Of a stretch of DNA of 64,000 bases, positions 39,473 to 49,731 are shown one piece after another (position 1 is the first letter of the stretch; each line of letters opens with the position of its first letter). Source of the stretch: Candidatus Omnitrophota bacterium (GTDB lineage Bacteria > Omnitrophota > Gorgyraeia > JAHJTE01); contig JAHJTE010000002.1 of the NCBI GenBank assembly GCA_018830005.1, forward strand, positions 7,053 through 71,052, read 5' to 3'. The notes under the pieces were generated by a model. The model saw only the letters and a program-made list of their open reading frames with translations. It did no database searches and was not told where the DNA came from. Both the position numbers and the translations under genes were made by a program.

Positions 39473-40078
39473 ATGTCTTTTTTGATTTCTATAAGCCTAT
39501 TTTTCTTTGCATTCACCATTCACGAATTCGCCCATGGTTGGGTAGCATTAAAACTGGGTGATCCTACTGCAAAATATTCCGGAAGACTAACCCTCAATCC
39601 GCTAAAACACATCGATCCTATAGGTACTGTCCTTATTCCTGTTTTACTCTACATTACTCATTCACCCTTTATTTTTGGCTGGGCAAAGCCGGTTCCCATA
39701 AATTTTTTGAGATTAGGAAATCCCAAAAAGGATATTATCTGGGTAGGTCTGGCCGGTCCAATGGCAAATATTATCCTGGCAATTATTATCGGCACTATAT
39801 TTCGTATGAATATTGCAATAGACATTAACCTGTTTGTCATGCTGCGGACTCTAGGAATATTAAATCTGGTCCTTGCTGTTTTCAATCTCATCCCTATTCC
39901 GCCTTTAGATGGCTCACGCGTATTACTAGGATTGTTACCGAACAATTTAGCCCGTTCCTATGCGCGAATCGAACCATTTGGTATGTTCATACTTATTGGC
40001 CTGCTTGCATTTGGCCTGCTGCGTGTAATCATCTGGCCGATAATTTCACTTCTAGCAGTTATCATAGGTTTGATATAG
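39473..40078 (+). CDS. M50 site-2 protease family membrane metalloprotease
   Basis: HEFAHGW HExxH motif in TM1 and a polytopic membrane protein. Confidence 0.7.
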   Translation: MSFLISISLFFFAFTIHEFAHGWVALKLGDPTAKYSGRLTLNPLKHIDPIGTVLIPVLLYITHSPFIFGWAKPVPINFLRLGNPKKDIIWVGLAGPMANIILAIIIGTIFRMNIAIDINLFVMLRTLGILNLVLAVFNLIPIPPLDGSRVLLGLLPNNLARSYARIEPFGMFILIGLLAFGLLRVIIWPIISLLAVIIGLI

Positions 40079-41161
40079 ATGAAAAAGATTAAGGTTAATC
40101 TCAAGGACAGAAGCTACGATATCCTCGTTGGAAATAAGATTATTCCTGGATTGCCTGCCTGTATTAGGAGGATTATCAAGCAGACTGATGCAATCATAAT
40201 CACAAATTCAACTATTGCCAAGCGTTACGCAGGTGCGCTAAAAAAAGCATTAAAAGGCAGTGGATTTTCTCATATACTTCTTACTGTACCTGACAGCGAA
40301 AAGGCAAAATCCATATTCTACCTGAATAAACTTTTAAATAAAATTGCAAGATACGCAAAGGACAAACTGCCTTTTATCATCGCTCTAGGGGGAGGAGTGG
40401 TAGGTGATGTTGCGGGATTCCTGGCATCAATTTATAAAAGAGGCATCCCCTATATACAAATTCCTACAACCCTGCTTGCGCAAATTGATTCTAGTATTGG
40501 CGGGAAGACTGCCCTAGATTTAACCAGTGGTAAGAATCTCGTTGGTTCATTCTATCAGCCAAAATTGGTATTATGCGACATTGGTCTCCTAAAGAGTCTG
40601 CCGCAGCGGGAAATTAGCTCAGGTCTGGCAGAACTAATCAAATATGCCTTGATAAAGGATGTTGGACTTTTTAATTATCTTGAAAAAAACTATAAAAATT
40701 TACTAAAGTTAAAGCCCGCAAATTTACTACCGGCTGTTTCTTGTTGCGTTAAAATTAAGGCCCAAGTTGTATCAAAAGATGAAAGGGAAAAAAGAGGACT
40801 GCGCACTATTCTTAATTTTGGTCATACTGTAGGGCATGCCATAGAAAGTGCCAGTAATTACAGATACAATCACGGTGAATCAGTAGCCTTAGGAATGCTG
40901 GCTGAGGCAAGGATTGCGCTCTCTCTGAAACTGATAAATAATGATATTTATGACAGGATCTTAAAGTTGATAAGGAATTGCCGCCTACCTACTAAAATAA
41001 GAAAGATAAAGTGCGAAAAAATAATGCAGGTTATTTATTTTGATAAGAAATTCGTTGGTAAGCTTAGTCGTTTTGTCCTGCCAACTAAAATTGGTAAGGT
41101 GATAATTAAAGAGAATATTAAGCAGGCAGTTATAAGAGAGGCCATAAAGGACCTGAGTTAA
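40079..41161 (+). CDS. aroB: 3-dehydroquinate synthase
   Basis: GGGVVGDVAGF...IPTTLLAQIDSSIGGKTA. Confidence 0.85.
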   Translation: MKKIKVNLKDRSYDILVGNKIIPGLPACIRRIIKQTDAIIITNSTIAKRYAGALKKALKGSGFSHILLTVPDSEKAKSIFYLNKLLNKIARYAKDKLPFIIALGGGVVGDVAGFLASIYKRGIPYIQIPTTLLAQIDSSIGGKTALDLTSGKNLVGSFYQPKLVLCDIGLLKSLPQREISSGLAELIKYALIKDVGLFNYLEKNYKNLLKLKPANLLPAVSCCVKIKAQVVSKDEREKRGLRTILNFGHTVGHAIESASNYRYNHGESVALGMLAEARIALSLKLINNDIYDRILKLIRNCRLPTKIRKIKCEKIMQVIYFDKKFVGKLSRFVLPTKIGKVIIKENIKQAVIREAIKDLS

Positions 41162-41176
41162 AGATTCTTAATTTTG

Positions 41177-41839
41177 TTACTCGATAGTCAAAACAAATTC
41201 CTTACCGCCAAATGAAAGCACTACCTCTCTGGAACCTACCGAAATTACCTTAGCGCCTTTTATCGTATCGCCAACCTCAACAATCTGATCATCAATCAGG
41301 GCTAGATTGCGTCCCTCAGAAGAAACTATCCCATCAAGCGAAAGGGAGATCTCAGGACTTAAATGAAATAAGTTCTTCTTTGACTTCTTTTGAACTGGTT
41401 GGGCGCCAGAGGCTTCAGGCGTAGTCACAGGCCCTTCCTCAGTAACCTGCACTAAATATTTATCCTGGAACTTGAAAGCAAAAAGATAAAAGACTAAAAG
41501 GCTACCCAATAGTCCAAATACAATCATGGCAATAAAAGCAAAAGGGTTCATATGTCTAATATCATGTATAGTCCACATGTGCAGACGCGGGCGCTTTGTT
41601 GCCTTTTCCTTAGCAACATCTTTTTCCTGTTCAGCTATCGGCCGTGTGCCTGCTATAGGCTTAATAGGTTGCGTTAAGTCTTCGCCAGCAGCAAAACCAG
41701 AAGAAGTAATCCCACGAGTAGGAGTTTTATCCTTAGGTGCTTCTTGTGGTTTTTGCGACTCTTTTGATTCAGGTTCTTTGGCATGCTGAGAACTAAATCT
41801 GGACTGAGCCTTCTTTAGAGCGTCAAATATTATACTCAT
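41177..41839 (-). CDS. Type II secretion GspB/ExeB-like membrane protein
   Basis: N-terminal charged region, one TM helix, C-terminal ...LIDDQIVEVGDTIKGAKVISV..VVLSFGG resembling the T2SS-B domain. Overlaps the ExeA-like gene. Confidence 0.45.
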   Translation of the reverse strand: MSIIFDALKKAQSRFSSQHAKEPESKESQKPQEAPKDKTPTRGITSSGFAAGEDLTQPIKPIAGTRPIAEQEKDVAKEKATKRPRLHMWTIHDIRHMNPFAFIAMIVFGLLGSLLVFYLFAFKFQDKYLVQVTEEGPVTTPEASGAQPVQKKSKKNLFHLSPEISLSLDGIVSSEGRNLALIDDQIVEVGDTIKGAKVISVGSREVVLSFGGKEFVLTIE

Positions 41840-42636
41840 CCTAACTCCTCAATACATTTTTTTATCAAATCTCTTGATATAGTGTTTGTCTCTAGAACAA
41901 ATCCTGCCAGCAAGGCGCGGTCACAGAGAATATTGATTAGACGAGGCGTGCCTCCAGAGTAACTAAAGATTTCACTCAATGCATCCTGGCTAAATTCAAT
42001 TTTACTCTTTGCCCTGGCAATGTGCAAGCGATGTTTTATATATTCTTCCAATTCATCTCGCTCAAGAGGCAAGATATGGTAACGCACAGCAATCCTTTGA
42101 TTCAACTGTCTCAAGCTCGGCTGCTTCAGTTTGTCGCATAATTCTGGTTGACCAACAAGAACGATCTGTAAGAGCTTGAGCTTCTCTGTCTCTAGATTAG
42201 AAAGGAGACGAATCTGCTCTAATTGTTTTGAAGATAAGTTTTGTGCCTCATCAATTAAAATAACAACATTATTACCACAATTCGCCTCTCGTAGAAGAAA
42301 ATCATTCAAGGCGTTGATAAGGGCAAGTTTTGTGCGCGACTTTAAATTCAAACCAAGGTCTGCCATAATTGCCTGCAATAATTGGACTTGCGACAAATAT
42401 GGATTTAAGATAAATGCGGTTTTTGTACTCCTGTCTAGGTGGTTAAGAAGTGCTCTGCAGAGAGTGGTCTTGCCTGTTCCGATCTCACCTGTAATCTCCA
42501 AGATGCCTTTTCTATCTTGGATACCATAGACAAGGTGAGAGAAAGCCTCTTTATGCCTTCTACTTAAATAAAAAAAGGTAGGATCAGCCGTTACGTTGAA
42601 CGGCTTTTCTTTAAAACCATAAAAATTTTCATACAT
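41836..42636 (-). CDS. ExeA/GspA/MshM-family AAA ATPase
   Basis: ITGEIGTGKTTLCRALL Walker A and ILIDEAQNL Walker B with ExeA-like architecture. Confidence 0.7.
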   Translation of the reverse strand: MYENFYGFKEKPFNVTADPTFFYLSRRHKEAFSHLVYGIQDRKGILEITGEIGTGKTTLCRALLNHLDRSTKTAFILNPYLSQVQLLQAIMADLGLNLKSRTKLALINALNDFLLREANCGNNVVILIDEAQNLSSKQLEQIRLLSNLETEKLKLLQIVLVGQPELCDKLKQPSLRQLNQRIAVRYHILPLERDELEEYIKHRLHIARAKSKIEFSQDALSEIFSYSGGTPRLINILCDRALLAGFVLETNTISRDLIKKCIEELG

Positions 42637-42724
42637 AATATTTTCTTAAATTATAGCAAGACTCTAAATCAATGTAAAGGGCAAATATTTGACATCGCTA
42701 ATTTATTGTGCTAGACTTACTAGC

Positions 42725-43075
42725 ATGGAACAGGCAAATATTGAAAGAAGAAAGCATAAAAGACTCAATAAACGCTTCCCCGTACATTTCCGCATAAAAA
42801 CTACCAATAAATACGGCGATACCTTAAGCTGTGACGTTAGCGGAGGCGGCATAAGGGTAATGATTCAGAATTTCATAGCCCCCAAAACTGATTTTATGCT
42901 TGAATTTAGCATTAATGATTTCTTTCAGATTATTTCCGCTGTCGGAAAAGTCGTCTGGACAAAGAAAGTGCCCCATTCTGATCGCTATCAGTTAGGTATA
43001 GAATTCAAGGAAATCCCTTCAAAAGTCAAAGAAGTCATAACTCAATTTATTGAAGATTGCTTTAGCAAGCTCTAA
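42725..43075 (+). CDS. PilZ domain protein
   Basis: RRKHKRLNKRFPV (RxxxR) and DVSGGGIRV (DxSxxG). The ORF-track ATG at 42689 lies inside the -35 TTGACA, so the start is moved to MEQANIE. Confidence 0.6.
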   Translation: MEQANIERRKHKRLNKRFPVHFRIKTTNKYGDTLSCDVSGGGIRVMIQNFIAPKTDFMLEFSINDFFQIISAVGKVVWTKKVPHSDRYQLGIEFKEIPSKVKEVITQFIEDCFSKL

Positions 43076-43161
43076 CCCACCTTTAAAAAATCTTTTGCCA
43101 TAAAAATTATATGTGTTAAAATATGGTGTTGGGCTTACTAATAAAATAAGGAGATAAATTA

Positions 43162-43524
43162 ATGCCAAAGAAAGAGAAAAAAGCTAAAGAAGAACAAAAT
43201 AAAAACTGTCAAAATTGTAACAAGCCAATATACAGAATTTCACGTTATTATCGAAATGGTAAATTCTTCTGTGGTAAAGGTTGCTTTAAGGCCTCCGAAG
43301 AGAAAATGGCGGAAGAGAGAAAGAAAAAGGAAGAAGAGGAGAAAGAGCAAAAACGTCAAGAAGCCGAAAAGCAAACAGAAGAGGCAAAAAAACAAACAGA
43401 GGAATCTAAGGATAAAGAGTCACAAGTTGAGGAAAAAGCAGAGGAGTCCCCTAAGAAAGAAGAGGCAGCTCCCAAAGAGACTAAAAAAGAAGAAGAACCT
43501 AAGAAAGATCCGAAGCAGGGATAA
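43162..43524 (+). CDS. TRASH/YHS-like zinc-ribbon protein with K/E-rich tail
   Basis: CQNCNKPIY...YYRNGKFFCGKGCF fits the C-x2-C...F-C-x3-C TRASH pattern. The remainder is low-complexity KE. Confidence 0.4.
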   Translation: MPKKEKKAKEEQNKNCQNCNKPIYRISRYYRNGKFFCGKGCFKASEEKMAEERKKKEEEEKEQKRQEAEKQTEEAKKQTEESKDKESQVEEKAEESPKKEEAAPKETKKEEEPKKDPKQG

Positions 43525-43529
43525 AAATA

Positions 43530-43910
43530 ATGAACTACAAAGGATCAGAAAGAAGAAGAGCAAGTCGAGTCGAAAAGAATGTACCCATAAAGATAAAAGA
43601 GGTCAATTTTGACTCTGTCAGTGAAACAAGAAACCTAAGCTCTTCTGGAATTTACTGCAGGCTGGATAAATATATCGCACCAATGGAAAAGGTTGTTATG
43701 ATTCTTTTGGTACCGCGATTAAAAGAATCTTCCCCTGGAAAAGACCGCTGCAAAAAGGTCGAATGCGAAGGCACAATAGTAAGAACCGAGCTGGTCAATG
43801 ATCCTATTGAAGGCGACTACTATAATGTTGCTATCTTCTTTAGCGAGATAAAAAAAGCAGACAAGTCCTACATTGAAAAATATGTAAAGAGACATTTGGA
43901 AGAAAAGTGA
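43530..43910 (+). CDS. PilZ domain protein
   Basis: RRRASRV and NLSSSGIYC motifs. Confidence 0.55.
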   Translation: MNYKGSERRRASRVEKNVPIKIKEVNFDSVSETRNLSSSGIYCRLDKYIAPMEKVVMILLVPRLKESSPGKDRCKKVECEGTIVRTELVNDPIEGDYYNVAIFFSEIKKADKSYIEKYVKRHLEEK

Positions 43911-43926
43911 CAACCCACCCCAGGCA

Positions 43927-44622
43927 ATGAGAAAAGTTATTACAATCCTTGCTCTTCTTTGCCTATCCATAATAAGCCTCAATGTTTTTTCTAAAGAAAA
44001 CAAGGAAGCTATGAGTATCAAGCTCCCAGACATCAAAATATCCACGAATAAACCTCTTAATCGACTTCTTCAAAAACGACAATCCCTTAGAAAATTCAGC
44101 AATAAAAAATTAACATTGGAACAAATCTCTTCACTTCTCTGGGCAGCAATAGGTGAAAAGGTTGATGCTGTTAGCTCTGCCAGCCGCACTGTGCCATCAG
44201 CAGGAGCAAGCTATCCTGTTGAAGTATATTTATATGTACAAGGTGATACTGTGGATGTTTTAAAGTCAGGATTTTATCATTATCTTTCTGGTACACATAG
44301 CCTGAATTCTCTGCCTGTAAAAATTAACAATGAGGAAATCATCTCTTCCTGCTGGGACCAGGGATTTATCGCCCAAGCCCCTATTGTTATTATAGTTGTG
44401 GCTAATTTTGAAAAAACAACAAGTCGCTACGGGAAAAGAGGCCAGCGCTATGTCTACATCGATGCCGGACATGTTGGTCAGAATTTATATCTTATGGCTA
44501 CACAATTAGGCTTAGTAACTGTAGAGGTAGGGGCGTTTGACGATTTTAGACTAGCAGAATGCTTAAAATTACCAAAACCATTAAAGCCAATACTGGTTAT
44601 GCCAGTTGGTTATGCCTTTTAG
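43927..44622 (+). CDS. SagB/ThcOx-type nitroreductase-fold dehydrogenase with signal peptide
   Basis: Signal peptide MRKVITILALLCLSIISLNVFS. RQSLRKF...SAGASYPVEVYLYV...YIDAGHVGQNLYLMATQLGL matches the SagB-type dehydrogenase domain. Confidence 0.6.
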   Translation: MRKVITILALLCLSIISLNVFSKENKEAMSIKLPDIKISTNKPLNRLLQKRQSLRKFSNKKLTLEQISSLLWAAIGEKVDAVSSASRTVPSAGASYPVEVYLYVQGDTVDVLKSGFYHYLSGTHSLNSLPVKINNEEIISSCWDQGFIAQAPIVIIVVANFEKTTSRYGKRGQRYVYIDAGHVGQNLYLMATQLGLVTVEVGAFDDFRLAECLKLPKPLKPILVMPVGYAF

Positions 44623-44628
44623 TAAAAA

Positions 44629-45156
44629 ATGAGAGTCGCAGGATTTACTGAATCTGTAAAATTAATCGTTGGCCTCATCAGTAAGGATGAGGCGTTTCTT
44701 TTATCGGCAAAAAAAGAATTAGCAAAAGAATTCGGAAAAATAGACTTTGAGAGTCGTATAATGGCCTTTAACTACACAGATTACTATACCCGGGAGATGG
44801 GAGATAACCTTAAACGCGTTTTCTTGGGTTTTGAAAAATTAATTGATCCAACCAAATTAACCAGGATAAAAATCTTGACCAATAAGTTAGAAGAACGTTT
44901 CTCTCATCAAGGCAGGAGAAAAGTAAATATTGACCCCGGCTACATTGATTTAGCAAGATTGATCCTAGCCTCAACAAAGGACTTTAGCCATCGAATCTGC
45001 TTGGGCAAAGGGATTTATGCAGAGGTTACGCTACTGTTTAAAAATAAGACATTTACCCCGCTTGAGTGGACGTATCCGGATTACAGAACAAAAGATTATA
45101 TAGAAGTTTTTAAAGACTTAAGAGCAATATACAGCAGACAAATTTCCTCACAATGA
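44629..45156 (+). CDS. DUF4416-like protein
   Basis: Family recalled from the pattern KLIVGLIS...INIDPGYIDLARLILAS. No catalytic motif. Confidence 0.35.
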   Translation: MRVAGFTESVKLIVGLISKDEAFLLSAKKELAKEFGKIDFESRIMAFNYTDYYTREMGDNLKRVFLGFEKLIDPTKLTRIKILTNKLEERFSHQGRRKVNIDPGYIDLARLILASTKDFSHRICLGKGIYAEVTLLFKNKTFTPLEWTYPDYRTKDYIEVFKDLRAIYSRQISSQ

Positions 45157-45896
45157 AATTAAAAACTTTTTTAATATTGGTTTTGCTATTCGTCTTTTTA
45201 TCTGGTTGCGCTAATACATATAATCCAGCAACCGGCAAAAACGAATTTATCATTATTGGCACGAGCTCAGAAGTAAGCCTTGGAAAACAAGTCGCTCGCC
45301 AGATTGCCTGGGAAAAACAAATAATAAAAACCGGGTTTCAGCAATTAAGAGTACAAAGAATCGGAGAACGCCTAGCTAAACACTCAGATCGCAAGGATTT
45401 GGAATATAATTTTTTTCTAGTTAAAGATGAAGAACTTAATGCCTTTGCCGTACCCGGCGGCTTTATCTACATAAACACTGGTTTAGCAGAGAGGGCAACT
45501 GAGGACGAACTTGCCTGTGTAATCGCCCATGAAATTGTCCACGTTGCTGCGCGCCACAGCGTAAAAAACCTTCAGGCCTCTTTAGGTTACCAACTTCTTA
45601 TTTCAATAGCCTTAGGTAATAAAAATCAGATAAGGACACGACAGATCTCTGATATGGTATTTAATTTAAGCAGACTTGGTTATTCACGTAGTGATGAAAC
45701 GTTAGCAGATAAATTGGGCGTAAAATACGCACATTTAGCTGGATATAATCCGCAAGGAATGATTAGTTTCTTTGAGAAATTAAAACAAGAGGCCCTAAAA
45801 CATGGAGGCGCTTTACGCATCGAGATATTCAGTTCACATCCTGACATAGACAAACGAATACTGACTACTAAAGAAGAGATTAAAAAGCTGCAATAA
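45153..45896 (+). CDS. M48 family metallopeptidase lipoprotein
   Basis: Lipobox LSGC and HEIVHVAARH HExxH. 4-nt overlap with the upstream gene. Confidence 0.7.
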   Translation: MKLKTFLILVLLFVFLSGCANTYNPATGKNEFIIIGTSSEVSLGKQVARQIAWEKQIIKTGFQQLRVQRIGERLAKHSDRKDLEYNFFLVKDEELNAFAVPGGFIYINTGLAERATEDELACVIAHEIVHVAARHSVKNLQASLGYQLLISIALGNKNQIRTRQISDMVFNLSRLGYSRSDETLADKLGVKYAHLAGYNPQGMISFFEKLKQEALKHGGALRIEIFSSHPDIDKRILTTKEEIKKLQ

Positions 45897-45898
45897 CA

Positions 45899-46435
45899 AT
45901 GAAAAATAAAAAGAAGGTGTGTCTCCTGCTTTTTCTTTTATTGCTTATTGACTCCTCAGTATCAGCTGAAACAATCAAGCTTAAATCAGGAAAAACTGTT
46001 GAAGGAAAAATTGTTACGATGACAGATAAATATATAAAGGTAGATATCGGAATTAATGTAAATATTATGTATTTTTTAGATGAAATAGAAAAGGTAGATA
46101 AAGGCGAGACGGAGGACAGTCAAGTTGAGGACTACACTGTTGAGAATGAGCATTCTATTAAAAGAAACAAATTCTATCCTATTCCTTACCAACCCAACGT
46201 GAATAAATTACAACATCGCCTAAAGCCTAATTTCAAAACAACAACAAGAACCATCCAATTCCAAAAAAGTGCCCTGAAATTACAAATGCCACTTCAATCT
46301 AAAGAAGAATTTCTGATAGATGCGCCTCAGCATGATCATTTTACAGGAGAATATCAGCTACAAAGAGATACCTGGAGAGACGCCTGGCGACAGAGAAGAA
46401 ATAGTTGGCAAGAGAACCATTTTTATAGAAAATAA
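45899..46435 (+). CDS. Hypothetical secreted/lipoprotein
   Basis: Signal peptide, no motif. Confidence 0.35.
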   Translation: MKNKKKVCLLLFLLLLIDSSVSAETIKLKSGKTVEGKIVTMTDKYIKVDIGINVNIMYFLDEIEKVDKGETEDSQVEDYTVENEHSIKRNKFYPIPYQPNVNKLQHRLKPNFKTTTRTIQFQKSALKLQMPLQSKEEFLIDAPQHDHFTGEYQLQRDTWRDAWRQRRNSWQENHFYRK

Positions 46436-46436
46436 G

Positions 46437-47477
46437 ATGGTAAAGACAAAGATAATCTGTACAATAGGCCCATCCAGCTCTAATGAAACTGTCTTAAGGA
46501 ATATGGTGTTAGCAGGTATGGATGTTATAAGGCTGAATTTTTCGCATGGCACTCATAGAGAACATCAATCCCGAATTGATTTAATTAGAGGGTTAAATAA
46601 AAGGTATAGGCGACACATCAAGATATTACAGGACCTGGAAGGATATCGCATAAGAATTGGCAGGCTAAAAGGTAGGAAGGCAATTGAATTAAAAAGAAGA
46701 CAAGTAGTTCTTTTGAGCAATAAGAAAAGATTAAAAAACAAAAGTATTATAGCATTCGACTACCAAGGCTCATTAAACGACATAGAGGCAGGAAGTTATA
46801 TATATATAGATGATGGAAATATCTCGCTTAAGGTAAAGGCCAGATATAAGAATTATATAAAAACAGAGGTAGTTATTCCGGGAACCCTAAAAGAAAATAA
46901 AGGCATTAATATCCCAGATGCTAAGTTAAAATTCAAAGGCCTAACAGAAAAGGATAAGATAGATCTTGAATTCGCAATCAGAAACAAGGTAGATTATATC
47001 GCCCAGTCATTTGTAAGAAGTAAAAAGGATATTAATAATATTAGACGCTTTATTAAAAAAGGCGGCGCGAATCCCAAGGTTATTGCTAAGATCGAAAACC
47101 GTCAAGGAATCAATAATATAGATAAGATTCTAGGTGTATCTGATGGGATTATGATTGCACGTGGAGATATGGGTGTATCTTTACCCATATATCAGATACC
47201 ATTTTATCAGAAGATGATAATTAAAAAATGTAATAAAAGAAGGCGGTTCGTAATTACAGCTACGCAAATGCTTGAGAGCATGACTGAAAATCTAAAACCT
47301 ACGCGCGCAGAAGTAACTGACGTGGCTAATGCAATACTTGATGGTTCGGATTTCCTGATGCTTTCAGGAGAGACAGCTGTTGGCAAATATCCTGCTAAAA
47401 CAGTAGAGATGATGAATCAAATAATTAAATTCACGGAAAGGTCAAGTAAGACCACAACTAAGGAGGTAGTAATATGA
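46437..47477 (+). CDS. Pyruvate kinase-like protein lacking the C-terminal regulatory domain
   Basis: [37 protein letters not shown] are all present. Ends about 346 aa, right after the barrel domain, and is 4-nt coupled to the next gene. Confidence 0.7.
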   Translation: MVKTKIICTIGPSSSNETVLRNMVLAGMDVIRLNFSHGTHREHQSRIDLIRGLNKRYRRHIKILQDLEGYRIRIGRLKGRKAIELKRRQVVLLSNKKRLKNKSIIAFDYQGSLNDIEAGSYIYIDDGNISLKVKARYKNYIKTEVVIPGTLKENKGINIPDAKLKFKGLTEKDKIDLEFAIRNKVDYIAQSFVRSKKDINNIRRFIKKGGANPKVIAKIENRQGINNIDKILGVSDGIMIARGDMGVSLPIYQIPFYQKMIIKKCNKRRRFVITATQMLESMTENLKPTRAEVTDVANAILDGSDFLMLSGETAVGKYPAKTVEMMNQIIKFTERSSKTTTKEVVI

Positions 47478-48250
47478 ATTGGGGTATGAAGAATAGATTA
47501 TCAAGAATAATCAGCCCGAAGACAGGCCGCTGTGTCATGCTGGCAGTAGACCATGGTTATTTTCAAGGTCCCACTACTGGCTTAAAAGACCTAGCTAAAA
47601 CCGTCAGTCCCCTCCTAGACTTTGCAGATGCATTAATGATAACCAGGGGCGCATTAAGAAACTGGATTGCACCAGAGATGGATAAACCTATCATTCTAAG
47701 GGTCTCAGGCGGCCAAAGCATATTAAAAGAATTATCAAACGAAATAATCACAACTTCTATTTCTGATTGCATAAGAATAAATGCATCTAGTATTACTTGC
47801 TCTGTTTACATCGGATCGGAATTTGAAAAACAGACGATTGGAAATTTATCTAAAATAGTAAATGAAGGGGAAAATTACGGAATTCCCGTGCTGGCAGTAA
47901 CAGCAGTCGGTAAGGAAATAGCGCGCGATGCGCGTTATTTAAGTCTAGCATCAAGGATGTGCGTAGAATTGGGTGCACATATGATAAAAACCTATTACTG
48001 CGAAAACTTTAAAAAAGTTGTGCAGGCCTGTGGAAACGTTCCGGTTGTTATTGCAGGTGGAAAGAAAATAGAAGAAAAAAAGGCCTTAGAAATGGCCTAT
48101 CATGCGATTAAAGACGGCGCAGCTGGTGTAGATATGGGAAGAAATATATTCCAATCTGATAATCCAGTCGGAATGATAAAAGCCGTAAGGGCTATTGTCC
48201 ATAACAAGGCCTCAGTCAATGAAGCCTTCAGGATTTATAAACATACCTAG
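47474..48250 (+). CDS. DhnA-type class I aldolase family protein (FbaB / ADH-synthase / LsrF-like)
   Basis: [13 protein letters not shown] and Schiff-base lysine motif HMIKTYY. 258 aa. Confidence 0.6.
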   Translation: MNWGMKNRLSRIISPKTGRCVMLAVDHGYFQGPTTGLKDLAKTVSPLLDFADALMITRGALRNWIAPEMDKPIILRVSGGQSILKELSNEIITTSISDCIRINASSITCSVYIGSEFEKQTIGNLSKIVNEGENYGIPVLAVTAVGKEIARDARYLSLASRMCVELGAHMIKTYYCENFKKVVQACGNVPVVIAGGKKIEEKKALEMAYHAIKDGAAGVDMGRNIFQSDNPVGMIKAVRAIVHNKASVNEAFRIYKHT

Positions 48251-48254
48251 ATTA

Positions 48255-49235
48255 ATGAAAGTCGCAGTCTATTATAATAACAGAAAGATCAAGATAGAAG
48301 AACTGCCACGACCCCAGATAAAGGAGGGAGAAATCCTGCTTAAGGTCAAGGCCTCTGGTATCTGCGGCACAGATGTCCTGGAGTGGTATAGGATTAAAAA
48401 GGCCCCCCACATTCTAGGTCATGAAATAAGCGGTGAGATTGCTGAATCAAAATCAGCTAAATTCAAAGTTGGACAGAGAGTATTTGTAAGCCACCACGTT
48501 CCTTGTAATACTTGCAAATACTGCAGAGATGACAATCAAACAGCATGCGAAACCCTGCACAAAGGCAATTATGATCCGGGCGGATATAGTGAATTTGTCA
48601 GGGTGCCGAAAATAAACGTAGAATACGGCACCTATCTATTGCCGGATAATGTCTCTTATGAAGCGGCAACCATGATTGAGCCTCTGGCCTGTGCGATAAG
48701 GGGATTAAACTTAATTAATATAAGAGAGGGGCATTCTGTTTTAATTCTTGGGAGTGGTGTCTCTGGATTGATGAATATTGCGCTGGCAAAATTAAAAGGT
48801 GCAAAGGTTATCGCAACTGATATAAACGAATACAGATTAGAAAAGGCCAAGGAATTTGGCGCAGATAGGATAATAAATGCAAATCAAGACTTCAAGGTAA
48901 CGGCTGAAAGGATAATAATTTGTACTGGCGCTAAAGCTGCCATCTTAGAGGCATTCAAATCCATAGATAGAAAAGGTATAATACTTTTCTTTGCTATCGG
49001 CGATGAAAGAATCGAAGTCCCGGCTGTTGATTTTTGGAGGAATGAAATAACAATTACCTCAAGTTATGGTGCAGCCCCTAATGACCTAAAGCAGGCCTTA
49101 GAGCTGATCAAGGAAGAAAGATTAGATATTGAAGGGCTAATAACACATAAGCTACCCCTAGAACAAATCCAAGAGGGATTCGATATTGTCGCATCTGCAA
49201 ATAAATCTCTAAAGGTCATATTACTGCCTTTTTAA
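48255..49235 (+). CDS. Zinc-dependent medium-chain alcohol dehydrogenase (threonine/sorbitol dehydrogenase-like)
   Basis: GICGTDV...GHEISGE zinc ligands, structural-Zn cysteines CNTCKYC, Rossmann GSGVSG. Confidence 0.75.
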   Translation: MKVAVYYNNRKIKIEELPRPQIKEGEILLKVKASGICGTDVLEWYRIKKAPHILGHEISGEIAESKSAKFKVGQRVFVSHHVPCNTCKYCRDDNQTACETLHKGNYDPGGYSEFVRVPKINVEYGTYLLPDNVSYEAATMIEPLACAIRGLNLINIREGHSVLILGSGVSGLMNIALAKLKGAKVIATDINEYRLEKAKEFGADRIINANQDFKVTAERIIICTGAKAAILEAFKSIDRKGIILFFAIGDERIEVPAVDFWRNEITITSSYGAAPNDLKQALELIKEERLDIEGLITHKLPLEQIQEGFDIVASANKSLKVILLPF

Positions 49236-49254
49236 GTTAATAAGAGGGGAATAA

Positions 49255-49731
49255 ATGGATAACGGAGAAACTTATTTAACGCGGGACGGTTACGAGAAAC
49301 TAAAGAAAAAACTCGACCATTTAAAGAATAAACGCAGAAGAGAGCTTTCTAAGGCAATAGCCGAAGCCAGGGCGCATGGGGACATAAGCGAAAATGCTGA
49401 ATATGACGCTGCTAAAGATGCGCAGGCCTTAAACGAGGGAAGGATCGCAACTTTAGAAAGTAAATTGGCTCGCACTAGAATAATCGATGATGAGGACATA
49501 CCTAAAGACCAGATATTTATCGGGGCAAAAGTAGACCTCCTAGACCTAGAAACAGAAGAAGAAATTCACTATATACTAGTATCAGAATTAGAGGCAGATT
49601 ATGAGCAGAACAAGATCTCCATTACCTCTCCTGTAGGCAAGGCACTTTTGGGCCACAAACAAGGCGAAACAGTAGAAATCCAAGCTCCCGCAGGCCTCTT
49701 ACAATACAAAATATTGAAGATATCAAGATAA
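49255..49731 (+). CDS. greA: Transcription elongation factor GreA
   Basis: YLTRDGYEKLKKKLDHLKN...GDISENAEYDAAKD. Confidence 0.85.
   Translation: MDNGETYLTRDGYEKLKKKLDHLKNKRRRELSKAIAEARAHGDISENAEYDAAKDAQALNEGRIATLESKLARTRIIDDEDIPKDQIFIGAKVDLLDLETEEEIHYILVSELEADYEQNKISITSPVGKALLGHKQGETVEIQAPAGLLQYKILKISR

Noticed and set aside
43256-43612. 118-aa Lys/Arg-rich alternative-frame ORF overlapping 43162-43524
   Set aside because: It is a frame-shadow of the KE-rich low-complexity tail. The primary frame has the zinc-ribbon motif and a good SD (aaggag).
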